Shown in pieces: positions 48,957-51,132 of a stretch of 51,132 nt of DNA. A program made the translations under genes and the position numbers. The first letter of the stretch is position 1. Every line of letters starts with the position of its first letter. The stretch covers positions 1 through 51,132 of the forward strand of contig JAQUTH010000001.1 in assembly GCA_028709885.1 (NCBI GenBank), in the 5' to 3' direction. Origin of the DNA: Flavobacteriales bacterium (GTDB lineage: Bacteria > Bacteroidota > Bacteroidia > Flavobacteriales > UBA1820). Under the pieces are notes generated by a model. It searched no databases. It saw only the letters and a list, made by a program, of their open reading frames with translations, and was not told the origin of the DNA.

Positions 48957-49457
48957 CTATGAAAATTCTACCATTATTTTGCCATTTTCATCAAAGAGTA
49001 CCTGTACGTGTTCATGCAGAGTGGTGGAGAGGGACATTCCTTTGAAGTCTACCTTTACAGGGAAACGTTTGTGGTTGCGGTCTACAAGAACGGCAGTGTT
49101 TAGCTTTTTGAGGTTTTCTCCCAAAAGAAAACGAACGGCGTATATAAGTACAGCACCGCTGTTTAGTACGTCATCTACCAGTACTACCGAATGGTTTTTA
49201 AGTTCTGACAGAGGGCATGAGAAACGAAATGGTGCCGAAAGGTCTTTTTTGTTTATTTCCAATTCACACAGATGTACTTTTACAGTGCTTATCTGTTCTA
49301 CTTTCTGTGCCAAAAGAGATGCTATTTTGTATCCGCTGGATGCTATACCTACTATGTAAACGTCTTTTTCGTCTATGTTAGATTCGTATATTTGGTAGGC
49401 TATGCGGTTTATTTTCAGACGCACGTCGGCATCGCTTAGAATGATTTTATTTTCCAT
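48957..49457 (-). CDS. Phosphoribosyltransferase family protein, PyrR-like (pyrimidine regulatory protein / uracil PRTase type)
   Basis: 166-aa ORF with the PRPP-binding loop VVLVDDVLNSGAV and AVLVDRNHKRFPVKVDFKG, resembling the PyrR C-terminal motif. Confidence 0.7.
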   Translation of the reverse strand: MENKIILSDADVRLKINRIAYQIYESNIDEKDVYIVGIASSGYKIASLLAQKVEQISTVKVHLCELEINKKDLSAPFRFSCPLSELKNHSVVLVDDVLNSGAVLIYAVRFLLGENLKKLNTAVLVDRNHKRFPVKVDFKGMSLSTTLHEHVQVLFDENGKIMVEFS

Positions 49458-49543
49458 GTGTGTGGTAATATTCTGATTGTCATTTGTTTTGTGTTTCCAA
49501 TAGACTTTTTTGGTCTTTTTGAGAAATGTTTTTTCAGATGAAA

Positions 49544-49551
49544 CAAATGTA
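49544..49551 (-). promoter_or_regulatory. Putative -7 promoter box (TACATTTG) for the PyrR-like gene
   Basis: Exact TAnnTTTG match on the minus strand, 87 nt upstream of the ATG at 49457. Confidence 0.4.
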
Positions 49552-49620
49552 CTATTTACAGAGATTAAAAAAAATGTTTTTCAGATGTTTTTTCCTTAAA
49601 CATATTGATGAAAAAAACAG

Positions 49621-49628
49621 TACTTTTG
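49621..49628 (+). promoter_or_regulatory. Putative -7 promoter box (TACTTTTG) for the TRIC-family gene
   Basis: Exact TAnnTTTG match 38 nt upstream of the ATG at 49666. Confidence 0.45.
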
Positions 49629-49665
49629 TGCGGAAAAAGAAAACTATTAAAAATAAAAGGTCTGT

Positions 49666-50310
49666 ATGATTAACTCAATAGATACCAATCAGTTACTCAC
49701 AATATTGGATTTGTCAGGAGTATGGGCTTTTGCTGTCTCAGGCGCATTAACAGCCATGCAAAAACGCATGGATATATTCGGCATACTCATAGTGGCGTTT
49801 GGAACATCTTTCGGCGGGGGTACCATTCGTGATATACTGATAAATCGTCCCGTCTTTTGGCTTCACAACGAGACATACCTTTACATACTGTTCATAGCTA
49901 CACCAGTGGCCATAATCTTTCGCAATTATCTTCAATATCTGCGTAAAGCACTATTTTTCTTTGATACCATAGGACTGGGAGTTTATACCGTAATAGGTAT
50001 GCAAATAGGTCTTACGTGGGGTTACAGCCCTATGTTGGGTATATGTCTTGGAACTCTTACAGCGTGCTTTGGAGGTGTGGTCAGAGACCTTCTTTGCAGT
50101 GAGATACCGCTTATTTTCCACCGTGAGATATATGCCACTATATGCGTTGTAGGAGGAGTGGCTTATACATTGATGATGTATTTTGGGGTATCTGAAAATG
50201 TCAATGTGCTGGTAACTATGGCTGGTATCATATTTACTCGTTTTATAGTGGTGCGTTACAACCTTTCTCTGCCAGCTATACACTTGCATGATAATATGCC
50301 GCACGCATAA
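49666..50310 (+). CDS. Trimeric intracellular cation channel (TRIC / UPF0126, YadS-like) family membrane protein
   Basis: 214-aa ORF with seven hydrophobic segments and two internal repeats carrying the Gly-rich motifs GGGTIRDIL and GGVVRDLL. Confidence 0.8.
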   Translation: MINSIDTNQLLTILDLSGVWAFAVSGALTAMQKRMDIFGILIVAFGTSFGGGTIRDILINRPVFWLHNETYLYILFIATPVAIIFRNYLQYLRKALFFFDTIGLGVYTVIGMQIGLTWGYSPMLGICLGTLTACFGGVVRDLLCSEIPLIFHREIYATICVVGGVAYTLMMYFGVSENVNVLVTMAGIIFTRFIVVRYNLSLPAIHLHDNMPHA

Positions 50311-50341
50311 TTTTACTACCTTTACTTAAAATAATTAGGAC

Positions 50342-51132
50342 ATGGAAAAAATAATAGACGAAAAAGCCTTTGCTTTTCTCAAAGAATACATAGACCTGCC
50401 ATCGCCAACAGGAGCAGAAAGCACAGGAATAACACGCTGGATAGAATATTTGCGTCCATACGTTGATGAAATATTTACCGATGTCTACGGTACTGCTGTT
50501 GGTGTTATAAACCCAAAAGCTCAGTACAAAGTAGTCATAGAAGGACACGGAGATGAAATATCTTGGTTTGTCAATTACATTTCGCCCGAAGGACTGCTGT
50601 ACGTGGTGCGCAACGGAGGCTCTGATCACATGATAGCTCCGTCAAAAATAGTGAACATTCACACCGAGAAAAACGGAGTCATTCGTGGAGTCTTTGGCTG
50701 GCCTGCCATTCATACTCGCATGGGAAAAGGTAGCGAAAAAGAAGAACCCCCACGTGTAGACCGTCTTTTTATAGACGTGGGAGCTACGTCAAAAGAAGAG
50801 GTAGAGAATATGGGCATACAGGTGGGCGATGTTATAACCTACCCCGATGAGTTTTTTACCATGGGAAAAGACCGCTATGTAGGACGTGCATTGGACAACA
50901 GAATGGGCTGTTTTATCATAGCGCAAGTGGCTCGTATGATTAAAGAAAAAGGTGAAAAACTGCCTTTTGGTCTTTATATAGTCAATTCCGTGCAGGAAGA
51001 AGTAGGGCTCAACGGTGCGCAGATGATTTCACGTACCATAGAACCAAACGTGGCAATAGTTACCGATGTTACCCATGACACCTCTACTCCTATGATAGAT
51101 GTGAAAAAAGAAGGAGACACACAGTGTGGGCG
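50342..51132 (+). CDS. M42 family metallopeptidase (glutamyl aminopeptidase / endoglucanase-like), N-terminal fragment running off the window
   Basis: Not in the ORF track because no stop is reached. My translation from ATG 50342 gives MEKIIDEKAFAFLKEYIDLPSPTGAE...VIEGHGDEI...GRALDNRMGCF...VQEEVGLNGA..., which are typical M42 metal-ligand contexts. Confidence 0.8.
   Translation, partial: MEKIIDEKAFAFLKEYIDLPSPTGAESTGITRWIEYLRPYVDEIFTDVYGTAVGVINPKAQYKVVIEGHGDEISWFVNYISPEGLLYVVRNGGSDHMIAPSKIVNIHTEKNGVIRGVFGWPAIHTRMGKGSEKEEPPRVDRLFIDVGATSKEEVENMGIQVGDVITYPDEFFTMGKDRYVGRALDNRMGCFIIAQVARMIKEKGEKLPFGLYIVNSVQEEVGLNGAQMISRTIEPNVAIVTDVTHDTSTPMIDVKKEGDTQCG

Overview
This 51.1-kb window looks like a low-GC Bacteroidota (Bacteroidales-like) chromosome. 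The evidence is repeated TAnnTTTG -7 promoter boxes 20-90 nt upstream of start codons, no Shine-Dalgarno sites, an S46 dipeptidyl-peptidase, an NQR operon and a BF3164-type beta-propeller lipoprotein. Most of the window is densely packed core metabolism and envelope genes. In order: an S9 peptidase fragment, Fe/Mn SOD, parC-parE, an acyl-CoA synthetase, a LysR regulator, a large surface lipoprotein, cysQ-like, deoC, a lipid and cell-wall cluster (LpxL-like acyltransferase, two GT2 genes, rluA-family, sdaA, murB), an ECF sigma factor, lipA, glgX, nqrABCDEF, uvrA, pyrE, a NUDIX hydrolase, a LuxC-like reductase, pfkA-gapA, an S46 peptidase, aminopeptidase P, a rhomboid protease, a PyrR-like PRTase, a TRIC channel and an M42 peptidase fragment. 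I found no rRNA, tRNA, CRISPR array, transposase, integrase or recognisable defence genes. I see no complete novel multi-gene system, so the findings below are modest leads rather than discoveries. Three short stretches have clearly lower GC and look accessory. (1) 8958-9551 holds a phage-repressor-like HTH gene divergent from a large, apparently highly expressed lipoprotein. (2) 34950-36693 pairs a small secreted Cys-rich protein with a BF3164-type 6-bladed propeller lipoprotein. (3) 41737-42865 is the most interesting: a frameshifted ~206-aa ORF whose two halves carry colicin-M-like motifs in the correct order (including an exact DDKYDF), followed by an unassigned 103-aa ORF. A 19-nt palindromic core (GGCTCGCC-N3-GGCGAGCC) also recurs at four terminator positions.
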